In this document: positions 1 through 11,971 of the stretch, one piece after another
How positions within the stretch are numbered: the first letter of the stretch is position 1
Layout of the letters: the number at the start of each line of letters is the position of its first letter
NCBI GenBank assembly: GCA_032718475.1
Contig: JAUCBJ010004054.1
Coordinates: 998-64,997, forward strand
DNA from: Nemertoderma westbladi
Lineage: Eukaryota; Animalia; Xenacoelomorpha
Length of the DNA: 64,000 nt
Direction of reading: 5' to 3'
Translations under genes and position numbers: made by a program
The notes under the pieces: model-generated
What the model was told of the DNA's origin: nothing
The model's database searches: none
The model's input: the letters and a program-made list of their open reading frames with translations, nothing else

Positions 1-108
1 TTAACGATTTGCAGGAAATATATATTTATTTTTACAAATGTTTTATTTTATGACTTCCTAGCGATAGGTATGTAATATTCTATAGAGCAAACTAACGTCA
101 ATAGATCC

Positions 109-487
109 CGGGCAAGAGCCCCCCGTACAATAGCCCCCAGGACACTGCCCTCCGTACAATAGCCCCCAGGACACTGCCCCCCGTACAATAGCCCTCAGGA
201 CACTGCCTCCCCGTACAATAGCCCCCAGGACACTGCCCCCCGGACAATAGCCCTCAGGACACTGCCCCCCGTACAATAGCCCCCAGGACACTGCCCCCCG
301 TACAATAGCCCCCAGGACACTGCCTCCCCGTACAATAGCCTCCAGGACACAGCCCCCCGTACAATAGCCCCCAGGACACTGCCCCCCGGACAATAGCCCT
401 CAGGACACTGCCCCCCGTACAATAGCCCCCAGGACACTGCCCCCCGTACAATAGCCCTCAGGACACAGCCCCGCGTACAATAGCCCC
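109..487. repeat. Minisatellite of about 29-31 bp (ggacactgccccccgtacaatagccccca), left arm
   Basis: About 13 tandem copies are directly visible. Each unit consists of two related half-units of about 15 bp. Confidence 0.95.
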
Positions 488-2176
488 AATAGTAACAGAA
501 GTCGTCCACATGCTCAAGCATACCATCCTTTGAGCTTATGCTCATCCGATCAGAGACTTGCTGAGGACTTTCAAAGTTAACTGTCAGAATTTTGGTCTTT
601 CTGGAGTTAATAAAAAGACCAACAATAGAAGCAGCATGTTCTAATGAGCTGAGGAGCCGTTGGGCTCCCTCTAGTGATTCTGAGAGTACTCCTAAGTCAT
701 CAGCAAAGTCTAGATCAGTTAGGTACTTGGCAGGGTTTCCTCGACTTCTGGAGCCAGTAGGTGGAGTTATCATCACCCCATCATCATTATAATGATCTAA
801 GGACATGCGTAGAACATAGTCAACCACAATAATGAACAAGAATGGTGCAAGTGTGTCTCCTTGGAGGACGCCCCATAACACTTCAAATGGTTCTGTGTCA
901 CCGTCAACAGTAGACACAAATGTTGTCGAACCATCGTATACTGATCTGATTGCTGCAATAATTTCATCAGGAATCCCATATAATGAAAGTATGCTGAACA
1001 TTGGGAACTCTTCAATTATTCTTCTAAGTGCCAAAATGGGCTCCATGGTCCCACGACCTTTACGGAACCCATTCTGATTTCCACGGAGTAGTCTCTCAAT
1101 GGGATCCCTGATGCGATTTAATAGAATCCTATTGTATAGCTTTGCAGCAATCGAGATCAATGAGATTCCCCGAAAAGAACCATAGAGTGTTAGGTTGCCC
1201 TTCTTGGGAACTGGCACCAACTTATTTGTTTTCATTTCTTGTGGGACTCTTGTAGTTCGGTACATGTCTACTATGATGGGATATATGAGCTTTAAACACT
1301 CAGGTATTTTAAAGACCTCAGGGGGAACACCATCTACTCCACTGGCACGATTGGTCTTAATGCTCTTTGCAGCAGCCTTCACTTCTGCAAAGGAGATATC
1401 GCCAATGGGAATATCTGGGAGTACAGACTCAGACACTTTTACTTCTAAAAAGTTATCAGGCAATACCCTGTCATTATTGAGGAGCTTTTCAAAGTGGGCT
1501 TTCCAACCATTGAGGCGATCGGCTGGTGATTCAGCCTTAACCTTGGTGGTTGGTTGGCTTTTCCGCCCAGTAAGCAGATTGATCGATTTCCATGCCTGGG
1601 ATGATTGCCTGCTGTCGTCAGCATCATTGATGGCATCAACCTGTTGGTTTATTTGCTCCTGTAGATTAGCAGAGTACTGCCTGTTCAGGGACCTAGATGC
1701 AGCCTTAACTGCATTCTTGGCCGCTGTAGTCTGTTTGAGTCGGGACTCTTTCTGCGCCTTATGAATATCATTTTGGCACTTCTGAATTTTGTTGTCTGTC
1801 CAGTGGGCCCTTTTCCTGTTTCGAGGGTATACAGGAACTGTTTCTGCAGCTGCTAACTTAACTGCTTCTGTAAAGGCAGTATAGCCCTCACAGTGATCTG
1901 CCGCCTCAGAGGCAAGAGCCTCATACCTGTTGCTCAGCTGTAGTGTGAAGCTGGATCTCACACTTGGCTGTTGCAACAGAGAGGACCAGTCATGCCGCGG
2001 CAAGGCAGATTTCGTTGTTCTGCTAGCACGCAGACTAAGTCTTACCTTGGCCACAATAAGGCGGTGATCACTGGAGAAGGGTCGAAGTGTAAATGCATTA
2101 CAGTCTTGTATAGAGCTCCTGTATTTCCTACGAAACAGAATATGGTCTATCTGGGACTTGTGACCACTGGGTCCAG
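488..2176 (-). mobile_element. Internal fragment of an RTE-clade non-LTR retrotransposon (APE C-terminus plus RT), truncated at both ends
   Basis: The minus ORF carries SQIDHIL...SDHRLIV (APE), KKGNL...FRGISL, QNGFRKGR, GVLQGDTLAPFLF and DLDFADD (RT). The FIDFxKAFD motif is missing through an in-frame deletion. Confidence 0.92.
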
Positions 2177-3138
2177 GACACTGCCCCCCGTACAATAGCC
2201 CTCAGGACACTGCCCCCCCCCGTACAATAGCCCTCAGGACACTGCCCCCCGTACAATAGCCCCAGGACACTGCCCCCCGTACAATAGCCCCAGGACACTG
2301 CCCCCCGTACAATAGCCCCAGGACACTGCCCCCCGTACAATAGACCCAGGACACTGCCCCCGTACAATAGCCCTCAGGACACTGTCCCCCGTACAATAGC
2401 CCCAGGACACTGCCCCCCGTATAATGGCCCCCAGGACACTGCCCCCCGTACAATAACCCCCAGGACACTGCCCCCCGTACAATAGCCCCAGGACACTGCC
2501 CCCCGTACAAGAGCCATCAGGACACTGCCCCCCCCCGTACAATAGCCCTCAGGACACTGCCCCCCGTACAATAGCCCCAGGACACTGCCCCCCGTATAAT
2601 GGCCCCCAGGACACTGCCCCCCGTACAATAACCCCCAGGACACTGCCCCCCGTACAATAGCCCCAGGACACTGCCCCCCGTACAAGAGCCATCAGGACAC
2701 TGCCCCCCCCCCCGTACAATAGCCCTCAGGACACTGCCCCCCGTATAATGGCCCCCAGGACACTGCCCCCCGTACAATAGCCCCAGGACACTGCCCCCCG
2801 TATAATGGCCCCCAGGACACTGCCCCCCGTACAATAGCCCCAGGACACTGCCCCCTGTACAATAGCCCCCAGGACACTGCCCCCCGTACAATAGCCCCCA
2901 TGCCACTGCCCCCCGTACAATAGCCCCCATGACACTGCCCCCCGTACAATAGCCCCAGGACACTGCCCCCCGTACAATAACCCCCAGGCCAGGACACTGC
3001 CCCCGTACAATAGCCCCAGGACACTGCCCCCCGTACAATAGCCCCCAAGACACTGCCCCCCGGACAATAGCCCTCAGGACACTGCCCCCCGTACAAGAGC
3101 CCTCAGGACACTGCCTCCCCGTACAATAGCCCCAGGAC
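2173..3138. repeat. Minisatellite of about 29-31 bp, right arm (same orientation as 109-487)
   Basis: About 32 tandem copies of the same unit. Confidence 0.95.
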
Positions 3139-3763
3139 GTAGTAACCCTAGTAACGTGTGTTTTTGGTGAAAACCTGGTATTCTTCACCTGGGGGTAACT
3201 GCAAAGTGAAATATAACGGCAGAAAGTCTGGTATTCTTCATGACCTTTAAATTATTGGTAGTGTATTTAATAATCTTATATCGGTGTTAAAGATAGTTCA
3301 TTATCTTAAATAATGTACTCTAATTTATTTTATAAGTATAGAGTTTAAAAGAACACAAGGCTCAAATTCGTTTAGAAATGATTATGACAGCAGATTATGA
3401 CATGATTATGATTTTGCTCTTTTTATTGTTGTTATTTAATTACCGTTAATAATGGTTTTCGGATTTGGTTGTCGGCTGTCGGCGTAACGTTTACACCCGA
3501 TCCTATCGGACCTTGTTGATTCTCCCCTGTAGAAAGTTTAATTGTTGCCGACGGCGGCAAGATTACCGGCCATATACTGGTATTTGGTCCACGGATCCAT
3601 TGCTCAATTCACCGGAACCGTTGCCATTTAAAGGAGCAGGTTAGTAAAGGAGCAGGTTACAGCGGCTTGTTATGCCAGGTATAATGCCAGATTACCCTCC
3701 ACCTATAACAGAATAGTGCACTATTAACTTTGCTAATTTGTCCAGATATAGTTGATTATGGTT

Positions 3764-4498
3764 CTAGAATACTCCAGTGAATGTAACCACCACCAACACC
3801 ATCCGAATCACGGGAGTAACAACAACCGAGCAGCTTCCTATCGACTGAGCTGTTGTTGTTTCGTCAATCTCGCCGGTAGTTGTTGTAGATGGTGTAGCTA
3901 GATTCACCCTCCAGATCGGAGTAGGACAATCACCAGGGCAACAAGTGAACTGGCACGATTGGTACTTGGTGGTGGTGGTGGTCCCCTCTAGCATATAGTC
4001 TCTAAAAGAAAACCAAATACGCATCATTCTATCTTGTGCTGTTTTCGCATCCTCGTGGCTCTTCTGTTTGCTTTTAAACCCTTCTTCATACTGTCGCATA
4101 AATGCTGGACATGTCTCTTCACCAAACTCCATGCAGTATTTCTCCCAGGGTACGGTCCCATTCCGTATGCAGAGTTCCAAGACAGCGTCTATCATGAACT
4201 CATCCCCAGTTGCATCCTGAACAACGATGAATCGCTGGAAATAATTGGCACATTCAGAACAATTGTGTTCGATGTGTCTGACATCATGGCGTGTTGTTGT
4301 TATTTGCATGTTTTCCAACGTTTTCTGATTGCTTTTACGTAGTTTAGCAAATTTGTCATTCAACTCCCGTTGTAGTCTCTCAGTAGTTGCATTGAGGGTT
4401 ACAGATGTTTCGGTATAACAGGTGAATCCACAATAACAGACACTAATGTTTAGTATCATGTAAAGAGCATATAGTGATGTGCTCTGATGAAATCTCAT
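3764..4498 (-). CDS. Intronless putative secreted, GPI-anchored cysteine-rich protein (Ly6/uPAR three-finger-like with insertions)
   Basis: 244-aa ATG ORF with a hydrophobic N-terminus followed by FTCY, 10 Cys in the predicted mature domain ending CQFTCCPGDC, a Thr-rich stalk, and a hydrophobic C-terminus with no cytoplasmic tail. Confidence 0.7.
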   Translation of the reverse strand: MRFHQSTSLYALYMILNISVCYCGFTCYTETSVTLNATTERLQRELNDKFAKLRKSNQKTLENMQITTTRHDVRHIEHNCSECANYFQRFIVVQDATGDEFMIDAVLELCIRNGTVPWEKYCMEFGEETCPAFMRQYEEGFKSKQKSHEDAKTAQDRMMRIWFSFRDYMLEGTTTTTKYQSCQFTCCPGDCPTPIWRVNLATPSTTTTGEIDETTTAQSIGSCSVVVTPVIRMVLVVVTFTGVF

Positions 4499-4939
4499 TG
4501 CTGCACATTGGTTATAGTTTCCTATAGTTGTGGTTATTAGGTTAATATCGCGATTACTTTACTTGACTTAATTAAAGTGCAGTTTCAGTTGGCAGTCTTA
4601 TGGTGTTGTGTTCCCAGTATTATTGTAGTCTATATCTCTAATATATCTATAATCAGACTGCTGCATGGCAGTTGCACGTTGAGATGCTATGATGCAGGGT
4701 GCATTAAGATATGGTGCATTAAGATATGGTGCATTAAGAATGCTATGCCGTCTTGCAGTATATTATTGTAGTAATCGAGTGGAATACAGGTACAAATATC
4801 AGAAACCTACAAAATCAACTTTCTTTAGTATATTTGACAATACTTAATGCTTTTCATGGTTATTTTCAGGGAAGACCCACGAAGTCTCGATTGATGATGG
4901 TGATCGGCTCCAGGTGCAGTGCCGATGGACCCAGGTACT

Positions 4940-4958
4940 TAGCGCCCCCTACTGGCGG
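4940..4958. promoter_or_regulatory. CTCF-like binding motif
   Basis: TAGCGCCCCCTACTGGCGG closely matches the CTCF consensus TAGCGCCCCCTGGTGGCCA. Motif match only. Confidence 0.45.
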
Positions 4959-5839
4959 ACCCAGCAACATGGCGCCCCCAGATCTTACAGTCAGCCATAC
5001 ACTTTCCTAGTTCTCAACCCTGTTCTCAAGTCCGGTATCCCTGAGCAGGCGTTTGTGGAAAGTTACTGGCCGTCCACCACCTCTATTCTCAGCGGCAGAC
5101 TGTCACGCTCAAGGTTGTGTACAGTACAGGATTAATTAGTGGACCATGTGTCGTCGTCATTTGAAATGTTTGTAACGCTAATAAGTCGGTCAATCTTTGA
5201 TGAAATTGAACTAAATTTGGTATAAATAGTCTATAAAAACAGACCTTGGTAGTTCCTCTGTTGGCCGCTAGGAAGAGTGGTCAGGTTGATTCCTTTTACT
5301 GCTACGCAAAGGCTCAGCTATAGACATATACTGTCACCTCAGCTGTAGACACACGTATATTACACGCCCCACATGTAACTACATCTACAGAACCAGATTA
5401 TTATGAGGGGCTGATTATTACACAGCAATCACTACCTACAGTTGCAACACGTAGGTGGGGACGTCGCGTAACACGGAGTCTAGCTGCGAGCCTTGGGTAT
5501 CAGTAAAATTAGGGACCTGGTCACTACCGGGAGGTGTATTCCCAATCCTTACACTACTAGTAACACCCCTTGAATCGGCGCCTGGTATTGGTTAATGAGC
5601 TATAATACCATAGTATAGGGCAGCCTAATAACGAAAAACGAAACATTGGGCAATAGTTATAGTATATTATATATTAAAAAAACACTGTTTGTAGGAAATG
5701 TATCTTCTACAATTCTAAACGAAATAACGCGAAATTTTGCAGAAAGCATGTCCAATAGATTCTCCCTATGGGGTGTCAACAGAATTTTGATTGAGTGAAT
5801 TCTACGATTATGATCGGTCAGTCTAGAATTAATTTCACT

Positions 5840-5852
5840 GTTGCTAGGCAAC
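5840..5852. promoter_or_regulatory. RFX X-box-like palindrome
   Basis: GTTGCTAGGCAAC. It lies in apparently repeat-derived sequence, so it may be non-functional. Confidence 0.3.
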
Positions 5853-6349
5853 CAGCAAGTCCCTCCAACCAAAACCTTGCATACACAACTAGGTCCGATA
5901 ATGAACCTATCATCAAAGTTTCATCAAAGTTCATCAAGTATTAATCAACATTAAGTGTGCGACAATACTGATACAGACATTTTGTGCGACAATAACAATA
6001 CTGATGATAATTCTGATATTCTTAACCAACCAGCTAATATCCTTTAATAAACGTGCAAATACCATTACTAGGAAATTTATAGGTTGTTCTGTAGAACACG
6101 TTCGTGGGGACTTCGCGCAGCACGAGGCCTAGTTATTATATACAAATTAAAATGCAGTGACTGTATCACAAAATCAGGTTTTGAGAAATTTACCCACACC
6201 ACCAATCAATCAAAGAAAGGTGGACAGTACGTGTTCACCCCTTTTAATCCCCCCCCCCCCCCCCCCCCACCCTTCCCAACCACCAATACATAACCGCGAC
6301 ATCTACCACCCACGGAAGGGTAGCACGAACTTATTTCCAATCGCACGTT

Positions 6350-6640
6350 AAATATGCAAAGCCAGGTGGTTTATAGGAATATAATAAACGCAGTACTCGT
6401 TTTCATTATAAGCCTCTTTGCGTTCGTCCTGTTTTGTATTTAAATATATTTCTTAAACGCAGGCTAGGACGATCTTTATAATAATAATAACTAGGGATGC
6501 GATCAATATGTGAAGCCAGGTGGTTTATATAATAATTTAGTCAACGCAGTACTCGTCTTCATTATATGCCTCGTTGCGCTCGTCGCTTGTCCTGTTTTGT
6601 CATAAAATATTTTTCCTAAACGCAGACTGACGATCTTTAT
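6350..6640. repeat. Diverged direct duplication of about 130 bp
   Basis: aatatg..aagccaggtggtttata...aacgcagtactcgt...gacgatctttata occurs at about 6350-6480 and again at about 6505-6640. Confidence 0.8.
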
Positions 6641-7489
6641 ACAGTTATAACTATGCGAAGTTTCGAAACTGTGCGAGTAACTGTTGATACATCTATGTGG
6701 AGATGTGTGATATGTGGAGATGTGTGATACAACGCCAACGCATCTTATGCCGATGTAGTAATATGGGTATTGAAATAATATTAAATCAATGTACACTCTT
6801 AAAGCTGCAGCGAAAAAATGTAGCTAATTTCCTAGGTTACATATAAAATAATAATATTATTTTTAAGAACATTAATTTTACTACTTTGCAAAAATTCAAT
6901 TAAAAAATAACCAGACATATACATTGTGGAATAAACTATTTCAGAAGCCTACAACAGCCATGCCATGGATTGTATTTATGTTATTATATCTGTCATTTAA
7001 CTGAGATAGCAATAGTAGTAATAGTCGAACGGTTATGCGGCCCGTCCAGCCTATAATAAACACAATTCAGTGATTGGGCTGGAATAGCAATACTATGGTT
7101 GCCTCTATTACAATTCCTCTCAGGTTAGTCTACAGCCACAACTCCCAGCAGCTAGCTCCACACCAGCAGAGACTTGACCAATAATGGGAAGGATTAAATT
7201 TGTACTCAATAATTGTGCGGTTTAATTACGTTTAGATCAATTAAAGACACATTTATTAAAGCAAATCACTTAAACTAATTAAAAACTATAATAGAATGGC
7301 GTATGGGGATTATATCTGTATAATTTTTAAGTATAATTATTTAAATCTTATACTGTAAAACAATTAATTTCCTTTAAAAGGCAGGTTGAAAATGGCGTTT
7401 TCACCGCAATCAACTTAATTAACTAATTAACTGCTATTATCTTAGCTTCTCGAAGGCCACACGGAAATTCTACTTGGAAAATTTCTAAA

Positions 7490-7680
7490 CTTTTGCCAAA
7501 CAACATGTGTACCAAGTTTGGATAGATTTCATCAAAGATTGGCCGAGTTATTAACGTTTAAAATTGAACACGACAGAACGACAGAACGACAGAACGACAG
7601 AACGACAGAACGACAGAACGACAGGTTGATTAATGGTACCACTACGCTAAGGCTCACTCACTTCGTGGCTCGCCCCACAT
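7490..7680 (+). mobile_element. Helentron/DINE-1 (HINE)-like non-autonomous element end
   Basis: A tgtaccaagtttgg...gagtta core, an (ACGACAGA)n microsatellite and a terminal GC-rich segment ggctcactcacttcgtggctcgcccca. A similar remnant lies at about 12260-12330. Confidence 0.45.
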
Positions 7681-8585
7681 ATTACTGTAATGCTCTGTGG
7701 TTTAGGTTGAATTACTCTGTAGAGGTTTATAATAAGCTACGACTCGCATACAACACTGAGCTGCACGGCGCTTTATTGCGACTACCTGTCGGGTCTAGCG
7801 ATTTAATACTATTTGGGGTTTTAGGATTACCGAATATTTAAACACCTTCGTGCTACTGACATTGACTGACTTATACTGTACGTGTGTCCATTCCAGTAAC
7901 GTTACAATTAGGGCAACCTGCAGCACTGTTATTAGATCAAGTGGAATATTACTGATAATATATCATTTATTTAGTTGCTATTTTAACTTGGAACCACCAA
8001 CATTTTACTAGTTCTACTACTATTAGCGCCGTTTATATGTTTATTTGATTGCTTTTATGGGCAGTGTTGCCAGAAATAAATAATAATAATAATACTTATA
8101 TTATATTATTATAAGTGCAAGAAGTTGTGTATTCAAACACACAAACAAACACACAAACAAACAAACACGTGTGAGAAATATTGGCATACAATTCCGGATC
8201 CTTCCAATATACGAATAACAGTATACATATTATTATAGTGGAATTAATATTGTATAAGGATTCGTTTTGCAGACCAATTTCTCTTGATTTTTAAGATTTT
8301 CCTTGAATGTCGTAATTCGTAATAATAAAGTAGTTTTATTGATAGTAATTAGTAATATTGAAATTTGAATTTCATTCAATCATTCATTTGAAATAAATTC
8401 CTATCTCATTCATAATTCAGTGCATTTAACAATTCGTAAACAAAGCTCCCAATGAAATCAACTCTAAATGTCCTTCAGCATTTGGTCGATTTGTATTTAT
8501 GTTTTTCGACAGGTTTCTTGAGCGTTTTTTTTTAGCGCGTCAAGCCTTATCAGTACAATGAGGTCGGCCAGCACGCATCCGTTTA

Positions 8586-8712
8586 AGGTGCGTTCACATA
8601 ACGTATGTGTATGTCTAGGTCGGGTAGAAGCGATGCAAATTTCAATTAGTTGTTAGCCACATTATATCAAGACATACACACCCCCATACGTTACCGGAAT
8701 GTGAACGAAACT
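8586..8712. mobile_element. PIF/Harbinger-like MITE
   Basis: TIRs aggtgcgttcacat / atgtgaacgaaact, inner inverted repeats (aacgtatg / catacgtt, tgtgtatgtct / agacatacaca), and TTA on both flanks. Confidence 0.65.
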
Positions 8713-9000
8713 TTACTTCCTATTGTAAGAGCTACTGTACTACTCGTCAACGCGCTAGTGTAGTTGTCATCACTGCACACGAATAGCAGACTGACTATTC
8801 CTAATCAAACCTACACTACATGAACGCTGTGTATAAAGGCTTAGCATACACTGGCAACCCTGTATAATTTCTCCATTCCTCACAGCGTTTGGAACACTTT
8901 CTATCTGCCAACTGAATATAAAATCCATACACTAGTTCGACCCCTCTCTCCATCCCTTACATGATTTAAAGGTCCAATCATATAATAGTATCATCATATA

Positions 9001-10125
9001 GGATCTAGGACACTTCCCCCCCGGACACTTCCCCCCCGCCCCCCCGGACACTTCCCCCCGCCCAAGTAGGACACTTCCCCCCCGGACACTTCCCCCCCCC
9101 CGGACACTTCCCCCCCGGACACTTCCCCCCCAGTTAAAGTGTTAAAATTAATCTGGGTGCATCAAAGCAATAAACAAAAGTTAAAGATGGTTACAGGACA
9201 AGTTGTATCTATAGACAAGTTTTTTCAAAATTATAAAAGAAACGTTTTGTTTGTTTTTCTTTTAATTCATTAATTCTTTTAATTTCTTTTAATTGGGGGC
9301 TGCCGCCCCCAAACCCCCGCTTCTTTTCTTGGGGGTTATCGCCCCCAGACCCCGGCATTTCCCTGAGTGCCCGTGGTGAAATTTGAAATATTTAATTCAT
9401 GTTTGTATCATCAGATAATAAATTGACTAAGCCTAAAGTAGGAGCTGTATTGAATGTGAACCAATTTAATATATAAATTACTACAATATTATATAATTCA
9501 ACAAAATCCTATTAAAAATATTGCAAGTAACCAGGAAATTTAATATGTGTGTATAATATCTATATAGTATGTATAGTAGTAATATGTATATCAATATGTA
9601 ATGCTGAACACAGAATACAGGTCGACGCATGTCGATTTTACCCCGGAGAGGTATAATTTTGATTGCAACAATAATATTCATCCCCATCTGCTACAATTTG
9701 AAGAAGACTATTACATAATAATACCTATAATTAAAACAATTAATTATTATAATTCTATAGTTAATAAAAACAGTATATCATTCCGGGGTTGGAATTTATA
9801 GGTCATCTAATATAATTAATTGTTTAAAGATTAGTAAACAATACGATGTAATTGCATTGATAAAACCCATAAATAAAACTTGGATATAAAATGTAAAATC
9901 GGGATGCAAAAGATCACTTTCTGAGCTACGAAAGGAAAATTGGATACAACATATCTGGATACAAGCGGTCCGTTTACCTTACAAAATGAAAAATACGAAT
10001 GTGAGAAGTTAAGAATAGTCGGGGGGGAAGTGTCTGGGGGGAAGTGTCCGGGGGGGAAGTGTCCTACTTGAGCGGGGGGGAACTGTCCGGGGGGGAAGTG
10101 TCCGGGGGGGAAGTGTCCGAACACC
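9001..10125. mobile_element. Non-autonomous foldback-type DNA transposon (MULE- or Merlin-like) with TIRs built from tandem repeats
   Basis: About 130 bp of (ggacacttccccccc)n at the left, the reverse complement at 10020-10125, GG...CC termini, and a flanking duplication (c)atcatata of 8-9 bp. Confidence 0.8.
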
Positions 10126-10284
10126 ATCATATAATATCATCACATAGTATCATCGTATAATCATATAATATTTAACCAATCCCGAGCAGCCCGAGCGAAT
10201 TAATGAGGTGCAGTTCTTAAAGGTTTAAGGATTGGGAATACGCCCCCCGGAAACTTTCAATAAGACGTTATAATACAAAATATA

Positions 10285-11971
10285 CAGGGTGTCCCACAAA
10301 GTTTTACACGGTTTCGTTTTCAAATAACTCCGCTGCACCTTAATATAATTCGGGATTATTGGTATCATTGGAAAGCTGGAGCTTCTAACTTAAAGAAAGA
10401 AACTTGTTGAAAACATTTATGTTGCTATGATAACCCCCTGCCGCAGTTCATAAAGAAACAAGGGTTTTCGAAATGTGCATTAATAATTATTTTTAAGAGA
10501 AATAATTAAGCATTTTAAAGCATTTAAAAATTTGTTTGTTGAGGAATTACACTAACTAACTAGATTGCCATTTAAATTTAAATTGTAAACTAGCCATATT
10601 GTATTTTATTTGATTTAGCTTAGAATATACACAAGTTACAACACATTACCAATAAGTCTCACAAAATTTGTGTTCCACAAAATTTGACCCGGTTTCGTTT
10701 TCAAATAACTCCGCTACAGCTTAATAAAATTGAGTTGAGGTAGCATCCAAAACGGTCAGAAGTAAACGGAAATTTAAGTCATATAAAATTCAAATGATCC
10801 ATGGTCTAAAACCTTCTGATTACCCCACAAGAGTTGTCGCCGCTGGAGAAATCTCTCCGAGTTTGCAAAACAATGACTAAGAGCGAGTCTTCTTCAGTGC
10901 CGAAGCCCCATTCCGCCTGAATGGCCGGGTTAATCGATGGAAGTGCCGCGTTTGGGGTAAATAAAAACCCCATAAAATAGTGGAGCATGTTAGAAACTCT
11001 CCTAACGTAACTGTGTGGGCTGCAATGACCGAAAGCCGCGTTATAGGAGCCTAATACTTCTTTGAAGCGACCTTCAGAAGTAATATTTATTTGCAGATGT
11101 TGCAGATGTTTCTGTGCCTAGAATTGGCGGAAGCTGAGATCGAGATGTTATCTTCCAGCAAGACGGTGCTCCACCACATTGGGGACTAATTGTGCGGGCA
11201 TACTTGGATGATGTGTTTCCTGGTAGATGGATTGGCCGAGATGGTCCTAAAACATGGCCCCTAGATCTTCAGACCTCACCCCCTGTGACGTACTTGTGGT
11301 GTGTACATCCAGCCTCTTGCTAACCTCACCGAACTGCGAAATGCAATTAGCGTTGCGTTTCAATCTATACCTATACTACTCACCTCCAGAACTGCTACTC
11401 TGAGCTAATCCGCAGACTGGCTAAGGTTCAGAATGTCGGCGGGGGACACATCGGGGGTTACAGCCAAATCAAATGCAGTATGACTCGTTAACAAATTAAA
11501 ATTGTCTTTCTAATGATACCAAAATCTCAAAACAACGTAGAAATTTTCCAAAACATTCTTCAAAGGCAATAATTGCAAATATCTCATTCATACCATATGG
11601 AATTAAAAAAACTTGAAAATGAAAATGTTTGGAGATACTAAAAGCAGGAGGTTTCTATTGCATCGAAATCATTCAAGACCCATGGCAATCTAGTTAGTTA
11701 GTGTAATTCCTTAACAAACTACAAATTTTTAAATGCTTTAAAATGCTTAATTATTTCTCTTAAAAATAATTATTAATGCACCTTTCGAAAACCCTTGTTT
11801 CTTTATGAACTGCGGCAGGGGGTTATCATAGCAACATAATTGTTTTCAACAAGTTTCTTTCTTTAAGTTAGAAACTCCAGCTTTCCAATGATACCAATAA
11901 CCCCGAATTTTATTAAGGTGCAGCGGAGTTATTTGGAAACGAAAATGTGTCAAATTTTATGAGACACTCTG
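10285..11971 (+). mobile_element. Tc1/mariner-superfamily DNA transposon (rosa/maT-like) with degenerate transposase
   Basis: TA|cagggtgtccc ... gagacactctg|TA, with TIRs of about 285 bp. The frameshifted transposase at about 10950-11460 reads VTVWAAM, FQQDGAPPHWG, FPGRWIGRDGP, WP.RSSDLTPCD. Confidence 0.92.

Noticed and set aside
58-3188. Multiple GGQCPG/GAVSWG ORFs
   Set aside because: These are translations of the minisatellite, with no evidence of coding function.
9831-10130. GHFPP repeat ORF
   Set aside because: It is a translation of the transposon TIR repeats.
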